A stretch of 64,000 nucleotides of DNA from Microcoleus sp. (lineage in GTDB: Bacteria; Cyanobacteriota; Cyanobacteriia; Cyanobacteriales; Microcoleaceae): assembly GCA_042408215.1 (NCBI GenBank), contig JAYFMW010000006.1:448001-512000 (forward strand), given 5' to 3'. A model generated the notes under the pieces. It was given only the letters and a program-made list of their open reading frames with translations. It was not told the origin of the DNA and made no database searches. The stretch's first letter is position 1, and each line of letters opens with the position of its first letter. Made by a program: the position numbers and the translations under genes. Below, in pieces: positions 63,692 to 64,000 of the stretch.

Positions 63692-64000
63692 GTTAATTTT
63701 ACAGCATCCAAGTGCAACAGCGACCCAGACCTTCTGCTATCAAATCAGTTATACTCACAGAGCGATCGCGCCCTTCCCCCTCAAAACAGGCGCGAAGCTT
63801 GCCCTAAGCATCGCCCATTTCGAGGTCAAAACCGCCTCTCAAAAGCTGAGCTAGCTCTCATCTACTTTGCATATCGTAATTATTAAGAAAATCTATCATT
63901 TTTTCTCCTAGGTTTTCGCTGCTCCCCGTGCGTTCAACAGCAATACTTAAATAGCTATGAGCTTATCTGCACTGAGCGAAAAGTTTTGTTACAATAGGTG

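Overview
64 kb of a filamentous cyanobacterial chromosome. HIP1 GCGATCGC and STRR heptamers are abundant, and the repeat families look Microcoleus/Oscillatoria-like (inference). In order, the window holds: an exopolysaccharide region (Wzc-like kinase, GT4, Wzy/O-antigen-ligase-like protein, WecB/TagA) interleaved with two response regulators and two decayed tnpB elements; a metal/B12 cluster (cobalamin riboswitch, DUF1636, cobW, then a Zur-box-preceded, frameshifted COG0523 and a WD40 gene); a stand-alone clpX; an intact tnpB-only IS200/IS605 element; several sensor kinases, including a five-gene phosphorelay ending in an adenylate cyclase; a GHL10-like hydrolase; a HelY-like helicase; a phosphodiester glycosidase; ferredoxin-GOGAT; a PIN toxin-antitoxin pair; and a type IIG restriction-modification enzyme. 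No CRISPR array, rRNA or tRNA is visible, and I cannot claim a clear-cut new protein system. The most unusual signals are non-coding. (i) Gene-less IS200/IS605 mini-elements keep both ends and an omegaRNA-like scaffold near an intact TnpB with matching left ends. (ii) Several unrelated TIR-bounded MITEs carry REP-like hairpins, and one IS231-like MITE repeatedly lands in the GGCNCTGCC centre of REP palindromes. (iii) Repeat elements sit in frame inside at least four intact protein genes. An unannotated 37-aa membrane protein is also present.
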